Sequence record: OY639337.1 | From: Klebsiella phage vB_KppS-Samwise | Direction: 5' to 3' (one strand) | DNA length: 49,597 bases | Shown here: positions 1 through 9,551 of the stretch, piece by piece | Layout: every line of letters begins with the position of its first letter | How positions within the stretch are numbered: position 1 is the stretch's first letter | Position numbers and translations under genes: made by a program | The notes under the pieces: generated by a model | The model's database searches: none | Seen by the model: the letters and a program-made list of their open reading frames with translations, nothing else | Told to the model about the DNA's origin: nothing

Positions 1-931
1 TATCATCAACATAGATTTTCATCTTCTTGTTTTGTGCGTAAATGTATGTTTGTTCGCCTGACTGCTTAAAGCGATCCAATTGCAGGTTAACACGCGCACC
101 CTCAGCAGTTGTTGATCCAGTACCGCCAGAAGTGACAGCAATCGGAACCGTCTGACCGTCAGCAGTTTGCCACACAAACAGGCCGTCATTCCCCAAAACA
201 AGGCGATGCGATAAATCTGGAGAACTGGCAATATGATTTTCACCAAACGCGCGGAGCCAGTTTAGATCGAGATTTTCCCTTGCTTGCTCAACGTTAACCA
301 CGTCTGACAGGTTAGCGTCCTTTCGCATTAGGTTAGTAGCGTCAAGCTGATCAGCCAAATCCGCCGCGCGATCTGCATCGCTTTTTGCGCTTGCTGCTGA
401 TTGACCTGCTGCGCTCTCGCTTGCTGCTGCTGCGCTCTCGCTTGCTGCTGCTGCGCCAGCCGATGCGCTTGCGTTCTGGCTATGCGCGAATGCGTTTTGC
501 TCGGACTGCAAAGCATTTGCAGCGCTACCCGCTGCCGCTGCTGCGTTATCTTTTACTCCAGCGTCGATTGCCTCTAGCTTTTCCCAATCAAATGTTTTCA
601 GGAAGTCAACAAAATCCTGATACATTGTTTCCTGACCCTGGTAATAACGCAGAGTTTCGGCAACATCTTGCGCCAGGCCGTCAACAGTGATTGAGTCATG
701 CAGCAGGATCACATAGTCGCCCTGAGGAACGACAGCGCCGCCAGTTGAGGTGGCACGCAGTGAGGTATCATTTATGATCTCGCTAATTGTTGCATACGCA
801 ACCGGATTGGTTGCAAACACAATGGTTGCGCCTGGTCGAATAAGCGTTAACGCCGTTTTCCAGTTTGTGCCGTATCCGGTGATATATCCGTCAGCGTCCA
901 TTGACGCTTGACCCTTGCGGTAAATAGCCAT
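1..931 (-). CDS. Tail fibre/tailspike N-terminal part; frame open through base 1 and continues into 48170..49597
   Basis: Manual translation from ATG at 931 (MAIYRKGQASMDADGYITGYG...EQTYIYAQNKKMKIYVDD) has no stop; RBS AGGAG; Ala/Ser/Glu-rich linker (AAAASESAAAASESAAGQ); not in the ORF track because it has no stop in the window. Confidence 0.85.
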   Translation of the reverse strand, partial: MAIYRKGQASMDADGYITGYGTNWKTALTLIRPGATIVFATNPVAYATISEIINDTSLRATSTGGAVVPQGDYVILLHDSITVDGLAQDVAETLRYYQGQETMYQDFVDFLKTFDWEKLEAIDAGVKDNAAAAAGSAANALQSEQNAFAHSQNASASAGAAAASESAAAASESAAGQSAASAKSDADRAADLADQLDATNLMRKDANLSDVVNVEQARENLDLNWLRAFGENHIASSPDLSHRLVLGNDGLFVWQTADGQTVPIAVTSGGTGSTTAEGARVNLQLDRFKQSGEQTYIYAQNKKMKIYVDD

Positions 932-948
932 ATGTAAACTCTCCTAAA

Positions 949-981
949 TAGCACGTTTTGTTAATGACAAGTCGGATTATA
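949..981 (-). promoter_or_regulatory. Late-type promoter for tail fibre: -10 TATAAT (981-976) with recurrent site TAGCACGTTTTGTTA (949-963) about +7 to +21
   Basis: Direct reading; same site-to--10 geometry as at 40031-40063. Confidence 0.6.
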
Positions 982-997
982 GCATTGCGCAAGGCAT

Positions 998-1020
998 AAA
1001 AAAACCCCGCCGAAGCGGGG
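998..1020 (-). terminator. Intrinsic terminator after the primase-like gene
   Basis: Minus strand CCCCGC-TTCG-GCGGGG followed by T-tract. Confidence 0.8.
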
Positions 1021-1035
1021 CAAGAAAGCAATGGT

Positions 1036-2004
1036 TTACCGTGTCGGGAGTAAAGTTTCCGGCTTGTAAAGCTTTCGCTCTATCCCTTGCCGGAAATTAT
1101 CGTTAATAGGAAGCATCACGTCAAGCCCTCTCTCCTCTGCGGCAATTATCACGTCCTGATCGGTTGACTTGCACACCACGCGCATTTTTCGATCTCCTTT
1201 ATATCGGTGCGCAACAATCTCAACGTTATAACTTGAGAAGCAAGCCCACACCTCTTGACCTGTATACAAATGAATGTGTTGTGCGTCTACCCAATCAACA
1301 CACAGATAGATTGCGTTGTCAGTTTTACCAGTCACCGCAACCGATCCTCGCGTGTAGTCCTTTGCGTAAAACTTTTGATCCCCCATTTCATCAATCATGA
1401 GGATGTTACACATTTCATCATCAAGGCCATCGTCATGCACCAGGTAGCACGGAATAGCATGAATAAGCGACTCTCCGCCGTTCTCCAGCGTTTTAACGCC
1501 TACAGAGTACATTTCATCATCTGGCGGCGCGATACCCTCAAAAACGCTTAGAGGAGTTTTAAGCACTCCCTTTGTTCTCTCCATTACTGCAACACAGTTT
1601 TCATGCGAAGCCTGAGATCCGAAAGAGTAACCTGACGCGCGTGAGGCTCGTTTATTGGCCTTAACTATATACTCCTGAGGAACCTTTCCGAGAAAGCGGC
1701 CTAAAATGTTGATGCACTCGCTGTATGGCTCACCAGTTAGCTTCATTAGCCAGCCAATGCCGCTATCGTTCCCGCAACCGTTGCACACCGCGCCGCCGTC
1801 GCCGTCAGTGCTAAGTTTATCAGTCCAACGGAATCGGTCTTTACCTCCGCAATGGGGGCAAGGCTGGTGTTTTTTGTTGAAAACGTCATTGCTCAATCCA
1901 CAAATGCTTTGCAATGCATCGCGCCACATTCCTTTCATGTACGGCAAAACGTCCTCTTTCTGAAACATCATGTTTGGGTGTACTTCTTGCATGGCTTTCT
2001 CCAA
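1036..2004 (-). CDS. Primase-like protein with N-terminal zinc ribbon (CPHCGGKDRFRW...CNGCG)
   Basis: Cys pattern CPHCGGKDRFR resembles the P4-alpha type primase zinc-binding domain; 322 aa. Confidence 0.7.
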   Translation of the reverse strand: MEKAMQEVHPNMMFQKEDVLPYMKGMWRDALQSICGLSNDVFNKKHQPCPHCGGKDRFRWTDKLSTDGDGGAVCNGCGNDSGIGWLMKLTGEPYSECINILGRFLGKVPQEYIVKANKRASRASGYSFGSQASHENCVAVMERTKGVLKTPLSVFEGIAPPDDEMYSVGVKTLENGGESLIHAIPCYLVHDDGLDDEMCNILMIDEMGDQKFYAKDYTRGSVAVTGKTDNAIYLCVDWVDAQHIHLYTGQEVWACFSSYNVEIVAHRYKGDRKMRVVCKSTDQDVIIAAEERGLDVMLPINDNFRQGIERKLYKPETLLPTR

Positions 2005-2050
2005 TAAAAAAATCGCGTAGCCTGATGATACCAGATACGCGATCTTTGAT

Positions 2051-2491
2051 TTAGCTATTTGTGCTGTTTATGAATTCCGACTCTTTGACTACTCGCAGCA
2101 TTTCATAGCGGTCACATTTCGTCGTTAACGCTTTGCCGTTTGAGTCGAATCGCAAATCTGGACGACAGAATGAAGCCCGATATCCCTTGCAGCCGTTTCG
2201 CTTATAGTCGGCGTGAACCTTTTCGGCTCCAGAAACGGAAATCATCCCGCGCTTGCGCCACTGCTGAATAACCTGGTGAGTAACTTTTAATCGCCTTGTC
2301 ATTTCTGCCTGAGATCCGTAATATTCGCAAACGGCATCTAGGCGAGCACGCAATCCGGCTTTGACTTCATCCTTTAGAACGTAGTAGCCTGTTTTTCGCT
2401 TGCGCTTCCTTTTGTCTTTGCCGCGCTTCACTCCGTTGTTGCCATTGATTGTGCGTTTGTCAATTTCGCCAGTTGATGCAGCAATTTTCAT
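2051..2491 (-). CDS. YdaS/Cro-like helix-turn-helix DNA-binding protein, candidate regulator
   Basis: GSQAEMTRRLKVTHQVIQQWRKRGMISVSGAEKV...CRPDLRF resembles YdaS/Cro-like HTH; start placed at MKIAAS with RBS GGAGG rather than at 2527. Confidence 0.65.
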   Translation of the reverse strand: MKIAASTGEIDKRTINGNNGVKRGKDKRKRKRKTGYYVLKDEVKAGLRARLDAVCEYYGSQAEMTRRLKVTHQVIQQWRKRGMISVSGAEKVHADYKRNGCKGYRASFCRPDLRFDSNGKALTTKCDRYEMLRVVKESEFINSTNS

Positions 2492-2505
2492 ATTAAAACC
2501 TCCGA

Positions 2506-2548
2506 TAGCACTTTTTGCTAAAAACATTCAAAACGTAGGCGTTATTAT
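2506..2548 (+). promoter_or_regulatory. Recurrent site TAGCACTTTTTGCTA (2506-2520) + N22 + TATTAT; divergent with the regulator gene
   Basis: Direct reading; opposite strand has TATAAT at 2549-2544. Confidence 0.7.
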
Positions 2549-2580
2549 ACATTCAATCGGTTAACGAATAAAGGTTAAAA

Positions 2581-4581
2581 ATGGCAATTCCAAACATTGA
2601 TAAACAGCTTTCCGCTTTAGGTGAGGCGGTAATCAAGGCGATTCAAGATCGCTTTACGTTTGGCGGAATCACCCCATACCCTTACCAGTGCGTTGCGTAC
2701 ACTGAGATCGCAAAACGCATGAAAAATTACGAGCATCCTTTCTTTGTGAAAGCGTCCGTATCTGCTGGCAAAACCATGATTTTTGCAATGGTTGCGGCGC
2801 AGTGTCAGAGGATGGGGCTTAAAATGATGGTTCTCGCTCGCCAGGGTGAGATTGTGGATCAGGACTCAGAGGAGATCAGCAATTTCGGCGTGCCTAACTC
2901 CGTTTATTGCGCGGCGCTGAAACTCAAGGGCGTACACTTCCCCATCGTTGTTGGCTCTGAGGGAACCGTTTCAAACGGATTATTTAAGGCGCTGGGCGAC
3001 TACGTGCCGCACGTTATCGGGATTGATGAATGCCACCAGGTGGATTGGGAGGATTTAGCAGAGGCAATCGAAAACGAGGAGCCGTGGGAGCAAATGACCA
3101 CGAAAAAAGGCGAGATTGTCCTGAACGGTGACGGCTCCCGCGCTCTCAACAATGACGGCGAGCCAATGGAGGGAACCGGACGCACGCAATATACGCTTAT
3201 CATTCGTGAAATGCAGCGCCGATGCAAAGAGACATACGGGCATGAGTTGCGCATTTTTGGAATGACCGGATCTGAGTTTCGCGGCGTGGTTCCAATCCTG
3301 GTAGAAGATAAGCGCCAGCGCGGTTTCTGGCGTGAGCAGGTAACGAACATTGATACCAACTACCTGATCAAGTTCGGCTCCGTTGTTCCTACAAACTTTG
3401 GCGGCGTAGACGGGCTGGGGTATGACCTTTCAGAGTTCACGGCATCAAGCGAGGATGGAGTTGCAGACTTTGACCAGAAAACTCTGCGCAAGATGGAGGA
3501 GAAGATCCATAAAGATGCAACCATGACGCAAAAAATCATGGTACGCGTGCATGAGATCTGCAAAGACCGCAACGGCGTGCTGGTAACTTGCGCTGGTGAG
3601 CGTCACTGTAAAGAGGCCGCTGCCGCACTTCCGCCAGGAGCAACATACAGGATCATCACTGGCAAGACCGGAGAGAAACAACGTAAGGAGTGGTTAAAGG
3701 AGGCATTCGAGGGGAAAGTAAAATACATTTTCCAGGTTCAAGCGCTAACAACTGGCGTAAACGTTCCATATTGGGACACGTCCGTTATCCTGCGAAAAAT
3801 CGGATCGCTAACACTGCTGATCCAGCTTTTGGGGCGCGGTATGCGACTGTTAAAGAAATGGCACATTGAACAAGGATTCAAGAAAGATGATCATCTTGTT
3901 CTTGACTTTGCCGGATGCATGGACGAGTTGGGGCAGCTTTATTTTGATCCTATTCTGGAACAAGCGCAGTATCAGCGCCGTGGCGACAACGGGAAAGATC
4001 CTAAATTCTGCCCTGACTGCGGCACGGAAAACTCATTATATGCACGCCGTTGCGTTCACGTTGACGAAAACGGAAATCGCTGTGAGTATTTCTGGAAGTA
4101 TCGGGAGTGCGAGGATCAGGTAGACCCGCGCACGAAAAAGGTTGTCGTCAAGGGCTGCGGCACTAAAAACGACATAGCCGCCAGGATTTGCCGCTGCTGC
4201 GATGTGTCGCTTATCGACCCGAACGAAAAACTATCCGGCAAGCACTACACTAAAAATGATTGGTGCAATGTAAAATCGTTCCGTGTCGATATTACCAAAA
4301 ACCAGCGCGGGATCGTGTTCTGTTATGAGCTTGAGGCTCACGGCGAAACGTTCAAAGCTTATGAGCGATTCTTCCCTGAGTCTGACAATCAGATCTGTAA
4401 AACGCTATGGAGTCAAACGGCTCTCAAGCATATTGCAGATCGCAGGATTGCAGGTGTTACGGCGAGCTACCGAAACGCTCGCAAGATAATGCAAAACGCG
4501 CATCACATTATGGCTCCGAAACGCGTTACGCATCGCAAAAACGCGAAAGGAGAGGACATTATTTATCATCGGGAGTTTTGA
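2581..4581 (+). CDS. Superfamily 2 DEAD/DEAH-type helicase
   Basis: Motifs VKASVSAGKTM, GIDECHQ, GMTGSEFRG, QVQALTTGVNVP, QLLGRGMR; C-terminal Cys-rich zinc motifs. Confidence 0.9.
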   Translation: MAIPNIDKQLSALGEAVIKAIQDRFTFGGITPYPYQCVAYTEIAKRMKNYEHPFFVKASVSAGKTMIFAMVAAQCQRMGLKMMVLARQGEIVDQDSEEISNFGVPNSVYCAALKLKGVHFPIVVGSEGTVSNGLFKALGDYVPHVIGIDECHQVDWEDLAEAIENEEPWEQMTTKKGEIVLNGDGSRALNNDGEPMEGTGRTQYTLIIREMQRRCKETYGHELRIFGMTGSEFRGVVPILVEDKRQRGFWREQVTNIDTNYLIKFGSVVPTNFGGVDGLGYDLSEFTASSEDGVADFDQKTLRKMEEKIHKDATMTQKIMVRVHEICKDRNGVLVTCAGERHCKEAAAALPPGATYRIITGKTGEKQRKEWLKEAFEGKVKYIFQVQALTTGVNVPYWDTSVILRKIGSLTLLIQLLGRGMRLLKKWHIEQGFKKDDHLVLDFAGCMDELGQLYFDPILEQAQYQRRGDNGKDPKFCPDCGTENSLYARRCVHVDENGNRCEYFWKYRECEDQVDPRTKKVVVKGCGTKNDIAARICRCCDVSLIDPNEKLSGKHYTKNDWCNVKSFRVDITKNQRGIVFCYELEAHGETFKAYERFFPESDNQICKTLWSQTALKHIADRRIAGVTASYRNARKIMQNAHHIMAPKRVTHRKNAKGEDIIYHREF

Positions 4582-4583
4582 TT

Positions 4584-5000
4584 ATGGTTACTGACAAAGG
4601 CGATTATCTGGAATATTACGAGCGGGATCCGAGCGATACGCGCAAGGAAGATTCTCACCAGGTTGATTGTGTGGCGTGGTTGCGCCACCATCACCCACAA
4701 TTACTTTTTTGGCACACTGTAAACGAGGGTAGCAAGACGATAACCGCCGCGCTGCGTGACGAACAGGCCGGATTGCTAAAGGGCGTATCCGACTTTGTTA
4801 TCCTGATTGGTTCTGGTAAATACCCGTTTGCAGCTATAGAGCTAAAGCAAGCCAACAAATCAGGAAAGCGCAAGGCTTCACCAGTCAGCGACAACCAGAA
4901 AGCTTTCTTGAGCAGGGTTAGACACTTGGGAGGTTTCGCAGCCGTTTGCTATGGCGTGAAGCAGTTCAAGCTTGCAATTGCAGATCTCTTGCAGGAATAG
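4584..5000 (+). CDS. VRR-NUC-like nuclease
   Basis: EDSHQVDCVAWLRHHHPQ...NEGSKTITAALRDEQAGLLKGVSDFVIL...YPFAAIELKQ. Confidence 0.8.
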   Translation: MVTDKGDYLEYYERDPSDTRKEDSHQVDCVAWLRHHHPQLLFWHTVNEGSKTITAALRDEQAGLLKGVSDFVILIGSGKYPFAAIELKQANKSGKRKASPVSDNQKAFLSRVRHLGGFAAVCYGVKQFKLAIADLLQE

Positions 5001-5040
5001 CACTTTTTGCTAAAACACGCTCCTGCTGGTTTTGTATTAT
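4998..5040 (+). promoter_or_regulatory. Site TAGCACTTTTTGCTA + N22 + TATTAT
   Basis: Direct reading; first triplet of the site is the stop codon of the preceding ORF. Confidence 0.7.
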
Positions 5041-5090
5041 TGCATCAAGAAACGCAGCTAAACTCTACATGATGAAATAAGGATCGAAAA

Positions 5091-5837
5091 ATGGCTAAAG
5101 ACATTCTTGACAACTCAATAATCGACGGTATCGAGCAGGTTGATGAAATGGACTTTCACGAATTGCAGCACGGCAAGTATTCAGACATAGCCATGCGCTC
5201 AGGCGGTCATTACCAGGCCGTGAAACCCTGCCAGTATTACAAGGTTACAGGAAACCGTTACGCCGGAAGCAACACTCCAGATGTTGTCCGTGACCTTTGG
5301 GCTACTCCGCGCGATGTTGTCGCGTATATGGAAAGCCGATACGGTAAATATGATCTTGACGCTGCGGCTAGTGAGGACAATAAAGTCTGTGAAAAATTCT
5401 ATAGCAAAGAAACAAACTGCTTAAAGCGTTGGTGGGGTAGCAAGAAGCACGTATGGCTGAATCCTCCATATTCGAATCCAGATCCGTTTGTGCTCAAGGC
5501 CATTGAGCAAATGGAGCACGAAAACCAGATCGACATATTGCTTCCAGCCGATAACTCAACGGCATGGTTTAGCGATGCGCAAAAGCACGCTGCGGAAATT
5601 ATCTGGATCACTGGCGAAACCTGGAAAGATGAAGATGGGCGCGAGTATTCACGAACAGGACGATTAGCGTTTATTTCCGGCCTGACAGGTGAGCCAGTTA
5701 GCGGCAACAATAAAGGCAGTGTGATCTTTGTTATGCGTAAATTAAAAGATGGTGAAACGCAGAAAACTCACTACGTGAAAATCAGCGATATTTGCCCGTC
5801 TGTAAAAAACAAGCGAGCCAAAGCAAGGAGTTTTTAA
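5091..5837 (+). CDS. dam: Phage DNA N6-adenine methyltransferase (Dam family)
   Basis: DLWATPRDVVAYMESRYGKYDLDAAAS, VWLNPPYSNPDPFVLKA. Confidence 0.85.
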   Translation: MAKDILDNSIIDGIEQVDEMDFHELQHGKYSDIAMRSGGHYQAVKPCQYYKVTGNRYAGSNTPDVVRDLWATPRDVVAYMESRYGKYDLDAAASEDNKVCEKFYSKETNCLKRWWGSKKHVWLNPPYSNPDPFVLKAIEQMEHENQIDILLPADNSTAWFSDAQKHAAEIIWITGETWKDEDGREYSRTGRLAFISGLTGEPVSGNNKGSVIFVMRKLKDGETQKTHYVKISDICPSVKNKRAKARSF

Positions 5838-5946
5838 TGAAAGATGATATTTCAGCACTTGGAATGCTTTGTGCATTCATGATCGGCGGCGGTTTTTGTT
5901 CTTACGCGCTACTTGCGCTAATCATCAAAATAGGGGAGTTGATTTA

Positions 5947-6207
5947 ATGAGCGAGAGAAATGTAACACTAAACGAGGTTGGTTTATTCCTGCTGTATCGC
6001 GCTATGGTGTGCGAGGCTCTAGACCAAAACCCCGATATCAAAGACGCGCTGGATATTGACCCCTGGGAGTTCACAAGCGCCCTAGATATGAGCTTTGATG
6101 AAACAAAGTCGCTGCCGCTAGAAAATTGGCAAAACAAGATCCGAGACGACCTGCAAGAAATGAGCGACGATTGGCATTTCTGGCACGGAAAAATTAGGGT
6201 GCAATAG
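5947..6207 (+). CDS. Hypothetical protein
   Basis: ORF with good start; stop TAG fused to the regulatory site. Confidence 0.65.
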   Translation: MSERNVTLNEVGLFLLYRAMVCEALDQNPDIKDALDIDPWEFTSALDMSFDETKSLPLENWQNKIRDDLQEMSDDWHFWHGKIRVQ

Positions 6208-6247
6208 CACTTTTTGTTAAAAATGCCCGGCGAAAGTCGGGCATAAT
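6205..6247 (+). promoter_or_regulatory. Site TAGCACTTTTTGTTA + N22 + CATAAT, with ATGCCCG/CGGGCAT inverted repeat abutting the -10
   Basis: Direct reading. Confidence 0.7.
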
Positions 6248-6279
6248 TATTTCCAACGAAAACCACTGAGGAAAACGAA

Positions 6280-6489
6280 ATGAAAATCTACAGCAAAGCA
6301 GCCCTGGAAATTGCACAGCAAGCAGCACGCGAGGCGGTTGAGCTGGGCGTTGTCGGCGGTGGCGACTTTGATTGGGCTGCGGCTATGATTTGGCTGAAAA
6401 TCGCAACCGGACACGCTCCAGTTTTCAAGTATGAGGAGCGCGGAATTCGTTCAATCGTCGCGTCGATGGAGGGGAAAGATGAAGGTTGA
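6280..6489 (+). CDS. Hypothetical protein
   Basis: ORF preceded by GAGGAAAACGAAATG leader. Confidence 0.6.
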   Translation: MKIYSKAALEIAQQAAREAVELGVVGGGDFDWAAAMIWLKIATGHAPVFKYEERGIRSIVASMEGKDEG

Positions 6490-6821
6490 GCAAGGCCGCG
6501 AGGCCGTTTGGAATCACGCCAAAGAAACCGGAATGGCAGACGATATAGCACGAATTGCTAAAATCTTTGATCTGGCTGATGTTAGTATTATCAGCAGCGG
6601 GAAAATGACTTACTTGCACGAGAGGCCGCGAAAAATGCACCGCGTGCCAGCAATCCCGACAAAAATTGACTTAAAAGAAGCAATGGCAAAAATCAGAGAG
6701 CCGAAAAAGTATTACAAAGGATAATAGTTATCATGTGGCGCTTGCTTGTTCTTCCAATGCCCGTTATCATTGCCGCCGTTGTTATGTACGCACTTGTTAT
6801 GTGATTTAAGAGGAAAAATTA

Positions 6822-7931
6822 ATGATTCAGAAAATGACAGATCAGCAGTTTAAAGACGCACGAGCAGAGGGCAAAACCTACAAGCAGATCGCGGATGAGT
6901 TCGGCTTGAATGTTCGCACCGTTGAGCGACGCGCGGCACGCCTTGCTCGCCAGGGTGAGACTGACACGAAAGGCGCACCAGGTTTTGCGGTTGTTCGTGA
7001 GTCAGTCCTGACCCGCGCAAACGGCGAAGAAGTGATGCGCTGGACTATCACCAACAAAGATAAAGAGCAGTTGGAAGCACTCATGCAAGCCGCGATGGAT
7101 GCATTTGCTGAGGAAGTGCCGCGCCTTGAGCCTCAGCCTGAAAGCCGAAAGGACTACAGCGAAAGCCTGGCGCTATACCCTATCTTTGACATGCACATTG
7201 GCGCAATGGCTCACAAGCATGAATGTGGTGAGAATTGGGATACGGCAACAGCGGAGAAGGTCATGAATGACTTCTTTGATTATGCTGTAGAATGTGCGCC
7301 AAATAGCGAGAAAGCCGTGCTCCTGATTGGTGGTGATATGCTTCACAGTGACGGCCTGGAGGCTGTAACACCTGCTAGCGGTCACGTTCTGGATCAGGAT
7401 AGCCGCTACGCCAAACTTGTTTATGTCGCAATCCGAGCAACTCGCCGCGCTATCTCATTGATGTTAACCAAGCACAAAGAGGTTGAAATTCAGGTGATCG
7501 AGGGCAATCATGACCAATCAGGCATGATCTGGCTACGCGCAGCAATGGCTTCGGCATACGAGGACGAGCCGCGCGTTATGGTTGATGTTTCTCCCCGCGT
7601 GGTGCATCACACGCAGTACGGAAAAACCTTCCTCGCGTATCATCACGGTCACACCGTGCGCAAGCCGGAAACGTTATTGATGATGTGTGCGGCAGATTGG
7701 CGCGAGGATTTTGGCAAATCAAAATCAATGTATGCTCATGTAGGCCATTGGCATCACCAGACCGTAACAGAAACCAGCCTGGGGATTGTTGAAGTTCACA
7801 GCACTATGGCGGCTAAAGATGCGTATGCGGCACGCGGCGGCTGGCGCTCTCGTCGTCGCGCTGCGGTTATCATCTACGACAAAGAGCACGGCGAGATCGG
7901 GCGATTCATGTTCTACCCTGAAATGATGTAG
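6822..7931 (+). CDS. HTH domain fused to calcineurin-like metallophosphoesterase
   Basis: KTYKQIADEFGLNVRTVERR (HTH); FDMHIGA, GGDMLHSD, GNHDQS, HHGH, HVGHWHH. Confidence 0.85.
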   Translation: MIQKMTDQQFKDARAEGKTYKQIADEFGLNVRTVERRAARLARQGETDTKGAPGFAVVRESVLTRANGEEVMRWTITNKDKEQLEALMQAAMDAFAEEVPRLEPQPESRKDYSESLALYPIFDMHIGAMAHKHECGENWDTATAEKVMNDFFDYAVECAPNSEKAVLLIGGDMLHSDGLEAVTPASGHVLDQDSRYAKLVYVAIRATRRAISLMLTKHKEVEIQVIEGNHDQSGMIWLRAAMASAYEDEPRVMVDVSPRVVHHTQYGKTFLAYHHGHTVRKPETLLMMCAADWREDFGKSKSMYAHVGHWHHQTVTETSLGIVEVHSTMAAKDAYAARGGWRSRRRAAVIIYDKEHGEIGRFMFYPEMM

Positions 7932-7939
7932 TCAAAATA

Positions 7940-8110
7940 ATGAAGGTTAAATGCGTTGAGAATTCATCTAAAACACTGCCTTACTACGAGGGCTTTGTGT
8001 ACGAGGCCGATCCATTACCTGGCGGGATGTACAAGATTAAAGATGAATCAGGGCAGCATATTATTGCGCCGCTAAAAGGGCATTATCTGGAGTTTTTACA
8101 GATTGATTAA
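7940..8110 (+). CDS. Small hypothetical protein (MKVKCVENSSKTLPYYEGFVYEADPLPGGMYKIKDESGQHIIAPL...)
   Basis: Manual translation, 56 aa, below the ORF-track cutoff; resembles other small proteins here. Confidence 0.55.
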   Translation: MKVKCVENSSKTLPYYEGFVYEADPLPGGMYKIKDESGQHIIAPLKGHYLEFLQID

Positions 8111-8134
8111 CATTTAGTATCATGAGCTTACAAA

Positions 8135-8161
8135 GGGTTAGCATTTGCTAGCCCTTTTTTT
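8135..8161 (+). terminator. Intrinsic terminator before the lysis cassette
   Basis: GGGTTAGC-attt-GCTAGCCC + T7. Confidence 0.75.
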
Positions 8162-8237
8162 ATTGTTTTGTTTTTACTCGTTGCTGGTTAACATACACAC
8201 ACTTGACTATTGACATTTAAAACAAGGAGATCAGATT

Positions 8238-8453
8238 ATGAGAGAATTTTTAAACGCAGCTACCACCAGCACCGGAGGCGCGTCACTGGCTGGAGCGGCA
8301 ACAGGTCAAATTACAATTGCGGTTGCTGGCCTTGTACTTATGGCTGCCTTTGGATTTTGGGGTGCTTACTTGCGCTGGAAAGATAGCAAGGCGCTGAGAG
8401 AGGCTTTGGATCGTGATGATATCAAAGAGGCAATTAGAATCAGGGGGAAATAA
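8238..8453 (+). CDS. Putative holin (single predicted TM)
   Basis: [21 protein letters not shown] hydrophobic segment, charged C-terminus, directly upstream of the endolysin. Confidence 0.6.
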   Translation: MREFLNAATTSTGGASLAGAATGQITIAVAGLVLMAAFGFWGAYLRWKDSKALREALDRDDIKEAIRIRGK

Positions 8454-8455
8454 TC

Positions 8456-8950
8456 ATGAATCTACAGAGAGGCGCGGCATACGCTTTATTTGGCGCTGCG
8501 CTCTCGCTAACTTCTCCACTCCTGGAGGAGATCGAGGGCATTCGCTACAAGCCTTATAAAGATATTGCCGGAATCTGGACAGTCTGCGCGGGTATTACCG
8601 GATCTGATGTTGTGCTTGGTAAGACGTACACGCAGAGAGAATGTGACGCACTTCTTGCCAAGCACATCGGGATTGCAAAGGCAGAAGTCGATAAGCGCGT
8701 AAAGGTTGAGATACCGGACACTATGCGTGCGGCAATGTACTCATTTACGTACAACGCTGGTACTGGAGCGTTTCGCAAGTCAACCATGCTCAAGAAGATC
8801 AACAATGGCGATCTTTATGGGGCGTGCGACGAGCTTTGGAAATGGACGTATTACTACAATCCAAAAACTGGCAAGCGCGAGAAGTCCAAAGGATTAAAAA
8901 ACCGTCGCGCGGTTGAGTATAAATATTGCACTAAGGATCTGAAAAAATGA
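8456..8950 (+). CDS. SAR-type endolysin, glycoside hydrolase 24 family
   Basis: N-terminal [18 protein letters not shown] plus [26 protein letters not shown] catalytic region. Confidence 0.85.
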   Translation: MNLQRGAAYALFGAALSLTSPLLEEIEGIRYKPYKDIAGIWTVCAGITGSDVVLGKTYTQRECDALLAKHIGIAKAEVDKRVKVEIPDTMRAAMYSFTYNAGTGAFRKSTMLKKINNGDLYGACDELWKWTYYYNPKTGKREKSKGLKNRRAVEYKYCTKDLKK

Positions 8951-9348
8951 AACGATTAGCTTTGGCGGTACTGGTTGCCGTCTCTCTTTCTGGTTGTTCA
9001 GCGTCAAGCGCTCTGAGCGGTTTAATCGGCAGCAAGCCGGAAATCACAGCACAGGCCGGAGCCGAAAACGTAAAGCAAACAGTAGGCGTGACGGCAAAGA
9101 ATGACGAGAGCAGCAAGCAGGAAAACACGATCAAGGATTCTCAGGTTGGCAAGGTTGACTCCTCCAACAAAAAGAAGGTGAGCACTTCAAGCATCCAGGC
9201 TGAGACAATCACAGCCGACAAGATCGAGATCAGAAACAGCGAGAGCGAGAGCGATTTGTATGTGATGTTCTTTGCGCTGGCTTGCTTATTTGTTGCTGGT
9301 TTTGCCGCTGGCGTTTTTTGGAAGGGCAGAAAAAATAAAGGGGCATAA
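8947..9348 (+). CDS. Probable unimolecular spanin (lipoprotein with C-terminal TM)
   Basis: Lipobox SLSGC near N-terminus and C-terminal [27 protein letters not shown]; follows the endolysin. Confidence 0.75.
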   Translation: MKRLALAVLVAVSLSGCSASSALSGLIGSKPEITAQAGAENVKQTVGVTAKNDESSKQENTIKDSQVGKVDSSNKKKVSTSSIQAETITADKIEIRNSESESDLYVMFFALACLFVAGFAAGVFWKGRKNKGA

Positions 9349-9360
9349 TGCCCCTTTTTT
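9340..9360. terminator. Bidirectional intrinsic terminator
   Basis: GGGGCAT-a-ATGCCCC with T-tract on + and A-rich flank on -. Confidence 0.8.
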
Positions 9361-9551
9361 CATTCCATTAGTCGGACGTTAATCAATACTACGCCGTCCT
9401 CGTCGTGCAGGTTGTGCTCCTTTGCCGGATTAGCTCTCATATCGCTATACAGGATCAGTAGCAGCGCCGCAATCATTTCGTCATGCGATACCGAATTTAC
9501 GGCGCAGTGCTTCATAATCGCATCTATTAGATTTTGTGTTGAATAATTCAT
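9360..9551 (-). CDS. Hypothetical protein
   Basis: ORF; start uncertain, overlaps neighbour. Confidence 0.45.
   Translation of the reverse strand: MNYSTQNLIDAIMKHCAVNSVSHDEMIAALLLILYSDMRANPAKEHNLHDEDGVVLINVRLME

Noticed and set aside
19-246. ORF of 75 aa on minus strand.
   Set aside because: It is out of frame with the continuous tail fibre frame that covers the same bases.
361-500. Short GCT/CTG-rich repeats resembling a CRISPR or microsatellite.
   Set aside because: They encode the Ala/Ser/Glu linker (AAAASESAAAASES) of the tail fibre; no spacer structure.
8138-8150. TTAGCATTTGCTA near 8139 as an additional regulatory site.
   Set aside because: Spacing between TAGCA and TGCTA is shorter than 5 nt and the sequence is part of an intrinsic terminator stem.
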